Shown here one piece after another: positions 29,021-41,109 of a stretch of 64,000 nt of DNA. Position numbers and translations under genes: made by a program. Source of the DNA: Eledone cirrhosa (Eukaryota); contig OZ024758.1 in the NCBI GenBank assembly GCA_964016885.1, positions 16,182,001 through 16,246,000 of the forward strand. Direction: 5' to 3'. How positions within the stretch are numbered: the stretch's first letter is position 1; every line of letters starts with the position of its first letter. The notes beneath the pieces are model-generated. The model saw only the letters and a list, made by a program, of their open reading frames with translations. It had not been told where the DNA came from and ran no database searches.

Positions 29021-29205
29021 CCGAATTGGTGTGGGAGAGACAGGTACACATGTTGTAGAAGTGTGTTTTACTCCGTCTATACTCCGATATGTCCAGCTCC
29101 TGGTTGTGTTGTTATTTCTCTGAGGAACTGGAATCATATCGAAGTATTGACGAAGTAAAACACACTTCTACAACATGTGTACCTGTCTCTCCCACACCAA
29201 TTAGG

Positions 29206-29267
29206 ACTGCCTGAAGAGGTCACAGCCAATGATGGCTGTCACCGAAATGAAATATATATATAGCAGT
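29206..29267 (+). ncRNA. Hammerhead ribozyme, second arm copy (small duplication after GAAA)
   Basis: actgc-CTGAAGA-ggtcacagcc..ggctgtcacc-GAAA(tgaaa)tatatata-TA-gcagt. Confidence 0.7.
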
Positions 29268-29318
29268 ATATCTATAATTGATAATAAACGAAGCCAAATT
29301 TTACATAATTGACTTAAT

Positions 29319-29365
<47 letters not shown>

Positions 29366-29927
29366 TTCTATTTATTCTGAAATATTTGTATTTCTCTCTT
29401 TTTCTCTTTCCTTTTCTCTTTCTCTCTATCTCTTTCTCTCTATCTCTTTCTCTTTCTCTCTATCTCTTTCTTTCTATCTCTTTCTGTCTTGCTCTCGCTT
29501 GCTCTCGCTTGCTCTCGCTTGCTCTCGCTTGCTCTCTCGCTCGCTTGCTCTCTCGCTCGCTTGCTCTCTCGCTCGCTTTCTCTCTCTCACTCTCGCTTGC
29601 TCTCGCTCTCTCTCTCTCTCCCCCCCCCTCTCTCTCTCTCTCTCTCTTTCTCTCTTTCTCTTTTTCTCTCTCTCAAAAGAAACATCAGTTATTTCGAGAA
29701 TCTTAAAATATCTTTTATTTGGGTGAACCTAGGTGAATGTTTAAACTTAACTCAACGGTTAATGGACTGCTATAAGAAAATACAGATGGTGTTCTACGTA
29801 AACTATTTATTTCATGGTCTTTTAGAATGATCCATTTTCTCTGCTACTGGTGCATTGCAAGAATCTCTTGAATAATTGATACGACATAATGGCTGCCGTT
29901 TTCTTCTAAGTGTCATAATTCCTCGGC

Positions 29928-29964
<37 letters not shown>

Positions 29965-30192
29965 AACTACTTCAGCCATTTTAATTCGTTCAACCAACTC
30001 ACAGCAATATCTCTAAAGAGGTTTTGTCAGTGTTAAAGTTTAGATGTTCACACACGCACGCATAGATACGCGTACACACTCAGACACGTGTATACACGTA
30101 CACAGGCATGCGCACACAGGCATACGTGCGCGCACGTACACACGCATATACATACACATTCGCGCATTATATATAATATATATATATATATA

Positions 30193-30368
30193 ATCAGATA
30201 GGGTGTGGTTTAAACCGGGAGGGTCGTAACACACCAGAGTACTCGATATTTGGGGTAGTAGTGATTAATATGAAAAAGATCCAGGACCCCGACGGCTGAG
30301 CTCTGGACGTTTCGACAGCGTTCGAATCTAGCTGTCGAAACTGCCAGAGCTCAGCCGTTGGGGTCCTG
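30193..30368 (-). mobile_element. PLE family-A-related fold-back terminal fragment
   Basis: Arms 30282-30319 / 30331-30368. Minus strand has GAAA...gagctcagccg-TC-ggggtc and tail actactaccccaaatatcgagtactctggtg, homologous to family A. Confidence 0.7.
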
Positions 30369-30369
30369 A

Positions 30370-30447
30370 AGGCGCGTGGCTGAGTGGTTAGAGAATTGGA
30401 TTCACAATCGTGAGGTGAGTTCGATTCCTGGACCGGGTGATGCGTTA
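30370..30447 (+). mobile_element. tRNA-derived SINE head
   Basis: ggcgcgtggctgagtggttag...gagttcgattcc (A and B boxes). Confidence 0.6.
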
Positions 30448-30491
30448 TGACCTCATCCGTTAAGCGGATGAGGTCTGGGATCTTATTAATC

Positions 30492-30529
<38 letters not shown>

Positions 30530-30629
30530 GCACGCGCGCATAAACGGTTAGGGAGAAATCGTGGGAATATTGTCAAAAGGTGTATGACCACGCGACTTCT
30601 TGTGGAAGGTTCTACAGGAGTATGGGATG

Positions 30630-31460
30630 AATGGACAACTTCCTGTTGCCCTGACGTCTCTATACGAATGTCCTAGTACTTGTGTAATGGACAACTTCCT
30701 GTTGGCCTGACGTCTCTATACGAATGTCCTAGTACTTGTGTAATGGACAACTTCCTGTTGCCCTGACGCTTCTATACGAATGTCCTAGTACTTGTGTAAT
30801 GGACAACTTCCTGTTGCCCTGACGCTTCTATACGAATGTCCTAGTACTTGTGTAATGGACAACTTCCTGTTGGCCTGACGTCTCTATACGAATGTCCTAG
30901 TACTTGTGTAATGGACAACTTCCTGTTGCCCTGACGCTTCTATACGAATGTCCTAGTACTTGTGTAATGGACAACTTCCTGTTGGCCTGACGTCTCTATA
31001 CGAATGTCCTAGTACTTGTGTAATGGACAACTTCCTGTTGGCCTGACGTCTCTATACGAATGTCCTAGTACTTGTGTAATAGACAACTTCCTGTTGGCCT
31101 GACGTCTCTATACGAATGTCCTAGTAATTGTGTAATGGACAACTTCCTGTTGCCCTGACGTCTCTATACGAATGTCCTAGTACTTGTGTAATGGACAACT
31201 TCCTGTTGCCCTGACGTCTCTATACGAATGTCCTAGTACTTGTGTAATGGACAACTTCCTGTTGCCCTGACGCTTCTATACGAATGTCCTAGTACTTGTG
31301 TAATGGACAACTTCCTGTTGCCCTGACGCTTCTATACGAATGTCCTAGTACTTGTGTAATGGACAACTTCCTGTTGGCCTGACGTCTCTATACGAATGTC
31401 CTAGTACTTGTGTAATGGACAACTTCCTGTTGGCCTGACGTCTCTATACGAATGTCCTAA
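30630..31460 (+). repeat. 56-bp minisatellite x~15 derived from RT coding sequence
   Basis: Unit aatggacaacttcctgttgccctgacgtctctatacgaatgtcctagtacttgtgt. Confidence 0.95.
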
Positions 31461-31464
31461 TACA

Positions 31465-31570
31465 AGGTTGTGTGTTCAATTCTCGGACAGGGTGATGTGT
31501 TGTTTCCTTGAGCAAGACACTTTATTTCACGTTACTCCAGTTTACTCAGCTGTAGAAATGAGATGATACG
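31465..31570 (+). mobile_element. SINE fragment (B box + conserved core)
   Basis: gtgttcaattctcgg...ccttgagcaagacactttatttcacgttactccagtttactcagctg. Confidence 0.6.
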
Positions 31571-32228
31571 ACTGGAATCCCTATCAGTAAATTACCCAAG
31601 ACACCTCCAACGAGATATACCTTGGAGGAGGTCAGCTAGACCTGCATAGGTGAGAGCTGTAACAAAAAAAAAAAAAAAAAAATATGTACAGAATTGACAT
31701 GCGCAGCCAGGCTAGAAGTGGTATCGAGGCTGGTAGGAGGATTAGTCGGCTGGAATTTGCGGACGGCATGGTACTACTACTTAACTCACCAGAAGGGCAT
31801 CTCCGACATGCACTTGATAGGTTTACTGCCGTGTGTTGCACTACAGTAATGAACATCAATGCTGCGGAGAATGTGACACTCGTTCTCTCAAATAAGCCTG
31901 CGCAGTTCACTCCACAGCTGAATGGAGTTTCACTGCTATTCCTAGCATGTCCAATGACCACATAAATTCTCTCTTTCTGCCTCATTAAAACACGCGTCAA
32001 TTCTACTAGTGCTGTCCCTGTTTAAAAAAATGAACCTTATATATTATTTACCATATTTAAATAATATATAGGATGCATACTGTCACCTATCTGAGTTCAA
32101 ATCCTGCCGAGGTTAACTTTGCCTTTTATCCTTACGGGGTCGATAAAGTAAAGTACCAGTAATGCACTGGGATAATTGCTGACCTTGTGCCAAAAGTAGA
32201 AACAATTATTTACCATATTTAATATTTA

Positions 32229-32761
32229 CTAGACCACCAGTGACCTGTTGGGTCACGTTCCCTTCAAAATATATTAAAAAAATCATGTTCACTTAAAAAT
32301 GTTTAAATAATTAATATATACATAATGTGAAATGAAACTGGAAGGTGTGTGTGTGTGTATATGTGTGTGCGTGTGTATGTGTGTATGTATGTGTATGTAT
32401 GTATGTGTGCGTGATCTATAAACACTGGTCATAGACACACGCACATATACACACACCCACACCCACCCACCCACCTCTATCTTCCATTCTCCTCTGTCTC
32501 CCATCTCTCTTTCAATCTACTATCTCACAACAACTATCTCTTTCTCTATATCATTTTCTCTCTCTCTATTTATGAAGGTACACAGAACACCCCATATCTC
32601 GGGAACCCATGCTCCGATTTACGCGAAACTTGTTTTATTCCATTAGTATTTCCATTTCAGGGGCAACTTCCTTTCAAAATATTTTCCCATTATGCGCCAT
32701 TTTGGCTGTATTACATTACAGACAAGCAAGCAATCAGATTTTTAGTAAAAATATATATAGA
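32229..32761 (-). mobile_element. Non-autonomous Helitron
   Basis: Minus strand starts A|TCtatatatatttt and ends with hairpin gtgacccaacaggtcac then CTAG|T; inserted at an AT dinucleotide. Confidence 0.75.
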
Positions 32762-33657
32762 TTGGACTGGAAGGCAATATTTCTCAGTCTCGAATACAAC
32801 ACTACTCCAACGATACTATACAAACTGTTTTCTATTCCAGCTAGATGTCTATTGAACTCTCAGTTCGTCCAGGCATATACTTTTCCGAATTTAAAGATTA
32901 ATCGGAATTTTAAATGAAAGTATGCAAAACAGTTAAGCTATAGCCGGCAACTCCATTTTCATTATAGTCTTAAGTGTTAACATTTATTCTAATCTGATAT
33001 ACAAAGTTTCTGAAACATTTTATTATAACCACATCACACAGACAAGCTGAATGAGCGTATCTCACCTAAACCGAATCTCATCTAATTTGATGTTATTAAC
33101 TAATTCGAATTCACACTATCATCTTACACATTAAAATTGATTGTACAACATATATTCTATCTGTATACATCGCTACATAGATATTCTGACACTCTCAGCA
33201 CATCAGCCTGACCTTCCAGAAATAGTAGCTAAATCTTCCTCAAAATACACCATATCGTTTAAAAAAAAAATGAAAGTATGGGGTAATATAGTAAGGACTA
33301 CATTATATATTTAAGAACACGAGTTGGTCACAGCTGAAGTGTCTTTGATAATACCGTATATTCTATCTACATACATCGATACATCGGTCGATATTTTCAC
33401 ACTCTTAAGAAAACGGCTTGATGTGCCAGAATTAGGAGCTAAATGTCCTTCAAACCACACCATATCGTTTAAAAAATGAAAGTAGAGGATTAATGGGTAA
33501 TAGAGAGCGTCAGCAAAGGAAGATTATATATCCAACATATATCTATATCTACCAACAAGACTCTGCATCGTTTCATAATGACAAGATGCTCCCGGAATGG
33601 ATGAATTACAATCTCCACCATAACTTCCCCCAAACATATGGCCGCCAAGCTCTCCAG

Positions 33658-34202
33658 CTCGGCGGGATTTGAACTCAGACCGTAAAGGGACGTAACTATG
33701 TAATAATTGTTTCTACTTTTGGCACAGGGCCAGCAATTACCCAGTGCATTACTGGTAAAATTAAGTACCAGTAATGCACTGGGTAATTGCTGGCCTTGTG
33801 CCAAAAGTAGAAACAATTACATAGTTACGTCCCTTTACGGTCTGAGTTCAAATCCCGCCGAGGTTAACTTTGCCTTTCATCCTTACGGGGTCGATAAAAT
33901 AAAGTACCAGTAACGTACTGGTGTCGATTAAATCGACTTTCCCCCCTCCCCGCAAATTACTGGCCTTGTGCTTATAGTAATCATTATTACCTCGTGGGGA
34001 GGCAGTAGAGCGTCAGACGCCATGCTTTGCAGCACAGAATTTATGGCCCTTTACGTTCTGAGTTCAAATCCCACCAAGGTTAACTTTGCCTTGCATCCTT
34101 ACGGGGTCGATAAAATAAAGCACCAGTAATGCACTGGGATCGATTTAATCGACTTTTCCCCTCTCCTTAAAATTGCTGGCCTTGTGCCTAAAGTAGAAAC
34201 AA
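33658..34202. mobile_element. SINE family A copies including a ~100-bp inverted duplication
   Basis: Arms 33658-33757 / 33766-33862; a further + copy spans ~34000-34202. Confidence 0.8.
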
Positions 34203-34314
34203 GTGTTACCTCGGCGCATAATCAGGAGTAATTCGATCAATGCCCCTATAACACTATAAAATCCCTGAAGTCCGCCATAATATCCGGAATATTTAAGATC
34301 ATTTGATTCGGGCA

Positions 34315-34662
34315 TGTCAACATTTCAGGCCTCGTATTGGGGCAATGAGAGAAATACTTACAGGTCTTGTCAACATTTTAGGTCTCGTATTGGGGCAATG
34401 ATAGAAATACTTAAAGGTCTTGTCACCATTTTAGGCCTCGTATTGGAGCAATGATAGAAATACTTAAAGGTCTTGTCAACATTTTAGGCCCCGTATTGGA
34501 GCAATGATAGAAATACTTAAAGGTCTTGTCAACTTTTAGCCCTCGTATTGGAGCAATGATAGAAATACTTAAAGGTCTTGTCAACATTTAAGGCCTCGTA
34601 TTGGGGCAATGATAGAAATACTTAAAGGTCTTGTCAACATTTAAGGCCTCGTATTGGGGCAA
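34315..34662. repeat. 53-bp minisatellite x~6.5
   Basis: Unit tgtcaacattttaggcctcgtattggggcaatgatagaaatacttaaaggtct. Confidence 0.9.
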
Positions 34663-35281
34663 CAATCGATGCTAACGGTGGCTACATTGAGCAACTGTCT
34701 TAAGATAAGTCTCAAGATTATTCATGCTAATTTGTCTTTCAATTAAAGCCCTTATATCAATGACTATGCGTCTTTTACTAAATTCACGCACGTCGTAAAA
34801 GAACTGAAAAAACCTGTATATGCATATTTATAGTAAATGAAATATAGCTCAGCTGGATATTAGCGGATGAGTTCATATCGTTCTATAGATATTTCCTTAT
34901 ATTTGCTAGGAAGATAATTGATATTAGCTATCAGTACAAAGAGAAAAATGGAACAGTCAATGCAATGCATACACACATTTATATATGAGCATATATTAAT
35001 ATACATATATACATATACTTATATATATCTTCATACACTTATATACAAATTCATATATATATATATATATAAATGCATATATTTATACAGATTTGCACTT
35101 ATATATATATATATATGTGTGTGTTTATACTTAGATACATATACACAAACTAATATACATAAATGCATAAACATATACGTATATACATAGGCATATACTT
35201 GCATAGACACTTATACGTATGTATGTATTTATCTACATAGACCATGTACTTATATACATAGACATACTTATATACGTATAT

Positions 35282-35320
<39 letters not shown>

Positions 35321-35965
35321 CTTATATATATACTTATATATACACATACTTATATACGTATATATATATATATTTTTATATAGACATATACTTATACGTA
35401 TATATATATATATTTTTATATATACATAGACATATACTTATACGTATATATATATATATTTTTATATATACATAGACATATACTTATACGTATATATATA
35501 TATATATATTTTTATATATACATAGACATATACTTATACGTATATATATATTATATATACATAGACATATACTTATACGTATATATATATATATATATTT
35601 TTTTATATACAGACATATACTTATACTCATAGACATATATACAGGGACCATATACTTATATACGTATGCATATACTTCAACCTCAAACAAAAATATGACC
35701 AAAACCGAATGAAAGTTGAGCTGGAACAATTCTGTCTCTTGAGATTCGAAAGGACGAAAAATATCAAAATGGACGACGAACGTTGCGGCGTATTCGACGT
35801 TAAAGTCAATAAACAGAGACAAAAACAATACAAATAATTCAAGGAAAAAGTACTTAACATGAAACTGAAATAAAGTGACTGCACGATGAGAATGAAACAA
35901 CATCGATCAAAATGTAATATGTAAAAGTGATAAAAAATAATGTAGTTAGTATGAACAAGGATATA

Positions 35966-36048
35966 TACGAGGCTCGACTGAAAAGTTCATAGGATGACTA
36001 TGAAGGTGTGATGTTAGAGCTGTGAAATCTTGCATTCATTAATTTCAT
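35966..36048 (-). mobile_element. Mariner-type MITE terminus
   Basis: tacgaggctcgactgaaaagttcatagg TIR; continues as the reverse complement of the 38100-38180 end. Confidence 0.6.
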
Positions 36049-36664
36049 TAAATCGACCCCCAGTGTGATATAGTATATTTTAGTGACCCCCGTAAGGATG
36101 AAAAACAAAGCTAATCTCAACGGAATTTCTGAGTATTAATGATTTCTGATTTAGGGACAAGACCAACAATTTTTGGAAGGAGAAAGTCGATTAAATCGAC
36201 CCCAGTGTATTACTGGTACTTTATTTTAGCGACCCCCGTAAGGACGAAAGGTAAAGCTAACCTCGACTGGATTTTTCTGAGTAATAAATAGAATGAAATG
36301 TTTTAACGAGATTGTAGAAGAGGAAAACTTGACTCAAGTAGGTTAGAATATATGAACTCTGAATAAGTGGGGCCAACATTTTTATTACGAAATAATAAAA
36401 ACTCGATTTTAAGCGGAGAATTGAAGGACAAAGAATGAAAGTGAGGGGAAGAGGGAGGTGAGTGATAGTAAGAGGTAAGAGGTGGCAGTAAGGGGTGGCA
36501 GTAAGGGGCAATAAGTGATAGTAGGAGGTGGTAGTAAGTACACAGAATACAGTTAGTGTCGGAGAAACTGCTTTGCAGTATTTGATCTGGCTCATTACGT
36601 TTAGTGTTCAAATCCAACCGTGGTCAGCTTTGCCCTTCGTCATTCTGCATGCATGCATGCATGC

Positions 36665-36918
36665 ATACCCTAGGGCGCTGTAAGAAGGGCATTGAGCCGG
36701 AACTTATCCCGGTTTCGTGGCGTGAAGCAACTGAGAGTACACGACACCCCTTGGACTGGACGCCAGTCTATCGCAGGGTTAAACCCCCAGCTATTGCTGG
36801 TACTCATTCTCAGTTGAGTATACTGGAGCAACGTGGAATAGTGTTTTGCTCAAGAACACAAGACACAACCTAGCCCAGGAATCGAACCCACGACATTATG
36901 ATCGTAAGTCCAACACCG
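36665..36918 (-). mobile_element. tRNA-derived SINE family C
   Basis: Minus strand has gtgggttcgattcctggg (B box), gtgttcttgagcaaaacact core, and ...ccctgcgatagactggcgtcc; (ATGC)n tail. Confidence 0.7.
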
Positions 36919-37799
36919 ATAAAATAAGTTGATCAATATTATAGACTACCCCCCCCCCCCAATCCGCAAATACTGTATATTGGCTTTGTGCCTAAATTAG
37001 AAAGCATTATTACACAATTTATTCTAAATTAGTCAGAGGAATTGGTGAGAAGTGTTCATGACCTTTTCATACTTTCCCAAGAGAGGGGGAGAAATAATAG
37101 ACTGTTGCTACTCTGGAGAAATAAAGTTGGCTAACTATTTAGTGTGGGATCAGGGAGATGTATAGGGCAAAGGGGAAAATAGATGATTCTAAACGTACAT
37201 TCTTTTCTGTATTCATCCGATCAGTGATAGAATTAATCGATATATGTCCTGATTCTATTGGTTGTCATTGAATTTGTTCTTTTAAAATACACTTCCGCTT
37301 GGAGAAATACAAAATGTCCCATAACCGATAATCGTAATTTAATTTTATGCTCGACCATGTTTGCTTGGAGACTTACAGACACCGAAAACAATACAACGAA
37401 GAAGAAAAAAAATGAATATCGTCTGCTTTTATGAATTGGCATTATTAACTCATTTTTATAGTCTCTAAAGACATTATTTTCGAGATCTTTAAAAATATAT
37501 ATGATCATTCAATAATTCACTTTTCTGTACTATTGTGCAAATAAGAGACAAATCTTGACCATTCCCAGATCAGCAGCATATTACTGACTGATATTCTTTC
37601 TAGAAGAATTGAATACATAATGGCAGCCTAATCAAACAATCAACTTTTTACCGCTGCCGCTCCTTCAGTAAAAAATTCTATGATCCTCACTTCCCACATA
37701 AAATTTAATGAATTCGTGCGTTCAGACATATTGTTTTATAGTTATGAATATATGGCTACGTATTATATCTACAAATATTGAATATATAAAGAAGTTGAT

Positions 37800-38182
37800 T
37801 ACAATGGTCAGCTGAAAAGTTCATAGGCTTACCAAGATACTCTCATGGAATGACCACATGAGGTTTATTTTTCAACATAGTCCCTGGAAAGAAACAATGC
37901 AGTTATCAATAAGAATTCATAGGCTGACCAAGATACTCTCATGGAATGACCAAATGAGGTTTATTTTTCAACATAATCACTGCAAAGAAACAATGCAGTT
38001 ATCAATAAGAATTCATAGGCTGACCAAGATGCCCTCATGGAATGACCAAATGAGGTTTATTTTTCGACATAGTCTCTGGAAAGAAACAATGCAGTTATTA
38101 AGAAGAGTTGAAATTAATGCATGCAAGATCTCTCAGCTCTAGCATCACTCCTTCATAGTCAACCCGTGAACTTTTCATTCGT
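37800..38182 (+). mobile_element. Mariner-type MITE with internal ~99-bp triplication
   Basis: TIRs gctgaaaagttcatagg / ccgtgaacttttca; mariner subterminal motif tttatttttcaacatagtcc occurs 3 times. Confidence 0.7.
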
Positions 38183-38606
38183 CTAAAGAAGGTTATCCAG
38201 GAATGATCAGACGACATATATTTGAAACCATTCCAGCTGTGACCTTCTCCTCGCATTGGAAGTAGAACTACATTATCCAATGTGTCTTTATTTTCATTAT
38301 GAAGGTAAAGTATGATTTCAGTAAAAAGTTCGTTGCCTTTTCTATCAAGTTGAAATATATACTTCTGAGTTTCGCAAATCTTTTCGGCCTCCAGCCCACT
38401 ATTAAAGATCATATTTTATCAGCACTGACCACACCAATCGGAAAAGCATCCCCACATGAATTTGATAAACATAATACATTAAAAACTAAATTTCGATAAC
38501 TCTTTATATTTTATTTAAGCATACTTAACTCAGTTGTGAGTCTCGCGAGCTGGAATGGCTCTTCTAGCGTGTCACCCCAACATCGCCGAGATGAGGAGAG
38601 ACAGAG

Positions 38607-40127
38607 GCAGTGGGAGTTTGGTTCCTTTGTGTTTGGACCTGGTGTATATATGTATATATTTCACTGAAACACACTCACTCTAGGTCAGTGACAGTGGGAG
38701 TTTGGTTCCTTTGTGTTTGGACCTGGTGTATATATGTATATATTTCACTGAAACACACTCACTCTAGGTCAGTGACAGTGGGAGTTTGGTTCCTTTGTGT
38801 TTGGACCTGGTGTATATATGTATATATTTCACTGAAACACACTCACTCTAGGTCAGTGACAGTGGGAGTTTGGTTCCTTTGTGTTTGGACCTGGTGTATA
38901 TATGTATATATTTCACTGAAACACACTCACTCTGGGTCAGTGACAGTGGGAGTTTGGTTCCTTTGTGTTTGGACCTGGTGTATATATGTATATATTTCAC
39001 TGAAACACACTCACTCTGGGTCAGTGACAGTGGGAGTTTGGTTCCTTTGTGTTTGGACCTGGTGTATATATGTATATATTTCACTGAAACACACTCACTC
39101 TGGGTCAGTGACAGTGGGAGTTTGGTTCCTTTGTGTTTGGACCTGGTGTATATATGTATATATTTCACTGAAACACACTCACTCTGGGTCAGTGACAGTG
39201 GGAGTTTGGTTCCTTTGTGTTTGGACCTGGTGTATATATGTATATATTTCACTGAAACACACTCACTCTAGGTCAGTGACAGTGGGAGTTTGGTTCCTTT
39301 GTGTTTGGACCTGGTGTATATATGTATATATTTCACTGAAACACACTCACTCTAGGTCAGTGACAGTGGGAGTTTGGTTCCTTTGTGTTTGGACCTGGTG
39401 TGTATATGTATATATTTCACTGAAACACACTCACTCTAGGTCAGTGACAGTGGGAGTTTGGTTCCTTTGTGTTTGGAGCTGGTGTGTATATGTATATATT
39501 TCACTGAAACACACTCACTCTGGGTCAGTGACAGTGGGAGTTTGGTTCCTTTGTGTTTGGACCTGGTGTATATATGTATATATTTCACTGAAACACACTC
39601 ACTCTGGGTCAGTGACAGTGGGAGTTTGGTTCCTTTGTGTTTGGACCTGGTGTATATATGTATATATTTCACTGAAACACACTCACTCTGGGTCAGTGAC
39701 AGTGGGAGTTTGGTTCCTTTGTGTTTGGACCTGGTGTATATATGTATATATTTCACTGAAACACACTCACTCTGGGTCAGTGACAGTGGGAGTTTGGTTC
39801 CTTTGTGTTTGGACCTGGTGTATATATGTATATATTTCACTGAAACACACTCACTCTGGGTCAGTGACAGTGGGAGTTTGGTTCCTTTGTGTTTGGACCT
39901 GGTGTATATATGTATATATTTCACTGAAACACACTCACTCTAGGTCAGTGACAGTGGGAGTTTGGTTCCTTTGTGTTTGGACCTGGTGTATATATGTATA
40001 TATTTCACTGAAACACACTCACTCTGGGTCAGTGACAGTGGGAGTTTGGTTCCTTTGTGTTTGGACCTGGTGTATATATGTATATATTTCACTGAAACAC
40101 ACTCACTCTGGGTCAGTGACAGTGGGA
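38607..40127. repeat. 84-bp minisatellite x18, near-identical units
   Basis: Unit cagtgggagtttggttcctttgtgtttggacctggtgtatatatgtatatatttcactgaaacacactcactct(a/g)ggtcagtga. Confidence 0.95.
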
Positions 40128-40169
40128 TTTTCATTTTGAAATTTCAATATTTATAAAACAAACTTTATA

Positions 40170-40226
40170 TTTTATCTGATGAGGGGGTACCAAAACTTTG
40201 GTACCCTTGAAATATATATAATAGAA
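40170..40226 (+). ncRNA. Minimal type I hammerhead ribozyme
   Basis: ttttat-CTGATGA-gggggtacca aaactt tggtaccctt-GAAA-tatata-TA-atagaa. Confidence 0.8.
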
Positions 40227-40271
40227 TAAATATGGATTTATAAATATAGTTTCCATTTATTAATATCATCG

Positions 40272-40305
<34 letters not shown>

Positions 40306-40850
40306 TTGTGTATATAACAGAGAATGAGTCTAAAAGTTTCTACTTTCTGTTAATTCCACCAATCCTTCCCCCCCTTCACTAACTCCACATCGACAGTCTC
40401 ACTTTCACCACCATCAACTGCTAGATAGTCAGACATTTTTACAAGCTAGAACTAATTATTATAATTTATCTCTTCTTCTTCTTCTTCCCTCCCCCCCTCT
40501 TTCATTTCTTCCCTCCAATGACTGGAACCACCTTGCAATCATTTTGTCTTCCAGTGCGAAACCCCAAAGAAGGCAGCAGAACCAATTTTGGGAATAACTG
40601 ATGTAGAAGTTCCTAGATAATGATATAGAAGTTGTTGCCTCAAGAATGCAAGCAACTAAAACGACTTCTGGTTTTGATAGGCAATATCTTCGATGATAAA
40701 AAAGAAAGTAAACGCAGCTGTTTCTATCTCAAAATCATTTTGCATCGAAGTAAAATGTCGCTGGTTCTCATTTATCATCATATCGATCTATCTATCTATT
40801 TGAATATTTTCCTCGTTCTCTTTATCAACTACATATCTATATATAAACAG

Positions 40851-40924
<74 letters not shown>

Positions 40925-40928
<4 letters not shown>

Positions 40929-41107
40929 AAAACGTATGACCCCGACGGCAGAGCTCAAGCCGTTTCGACGGCTATTTCTGGATTTCGAAACGGCTTGAGC
41001 TCTGCCGTCGGGGTCATACTTTTTCCTATTTCCCACTCTACTACCCTAAGTATTGAGTACTCTGGTGCGTTATGGTCCATCTGGTTCCTTACCACAATTC
41101 CTTTGTT
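40925..41107 (+). mobile_element. PLE family A fold-back terminal fragment in (TA)n
   Basis: Arms 40925-40967 / 40985-41028; same tail as the 11291 copy. Confidence 0.75.
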
Positions 41108-41109
41108 AT

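Larger units (their letters stand above)
28811..29325 (-). mobile_element. PLE-like fold-back element flanked by (TA)n
   Basis: ~190-bp inverted arms 28908-~29100 / ~29122-29325, each with an HHR, plus a ~100-nt one-sided tail 28811-28907. Confidence 0.8.
30545..31935 (+). pseudogene. Degenerate RTE-like LINE reverse transcriptase fragment, interrupted by a minisatellite and a SINE
   Basis: LWKVLQEYGMNGQLPVALTSLYECPSTCV near 30600 and ISRLEFADGMVLL...HLRHALDRF (FADD-like motif) at 31684-31965. Confidence 0.75.

Noticed and set aside
30450-30476. 11-bp perfect hairpin gacctcatccg-ttaag-cggatgaggtc
   Set aside because: Isolated, with no U-tract or complete ribozyme core; function cannot be assigned.
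38098-38412. 104-aa minus-strand ORF in non-microsatellite sequence
   Set aside because: No recognisable motif; it overlaps a mariner MITE and other repeat-like sequence.
38610-40139. 509-aa ORF of 28-aa repeats
   Set aside because: The 84-bp unit is a multiple of 3 and happens to lack a stop in one frame; no ATG start or splice signals; the unit derives from a dispersed repeat.
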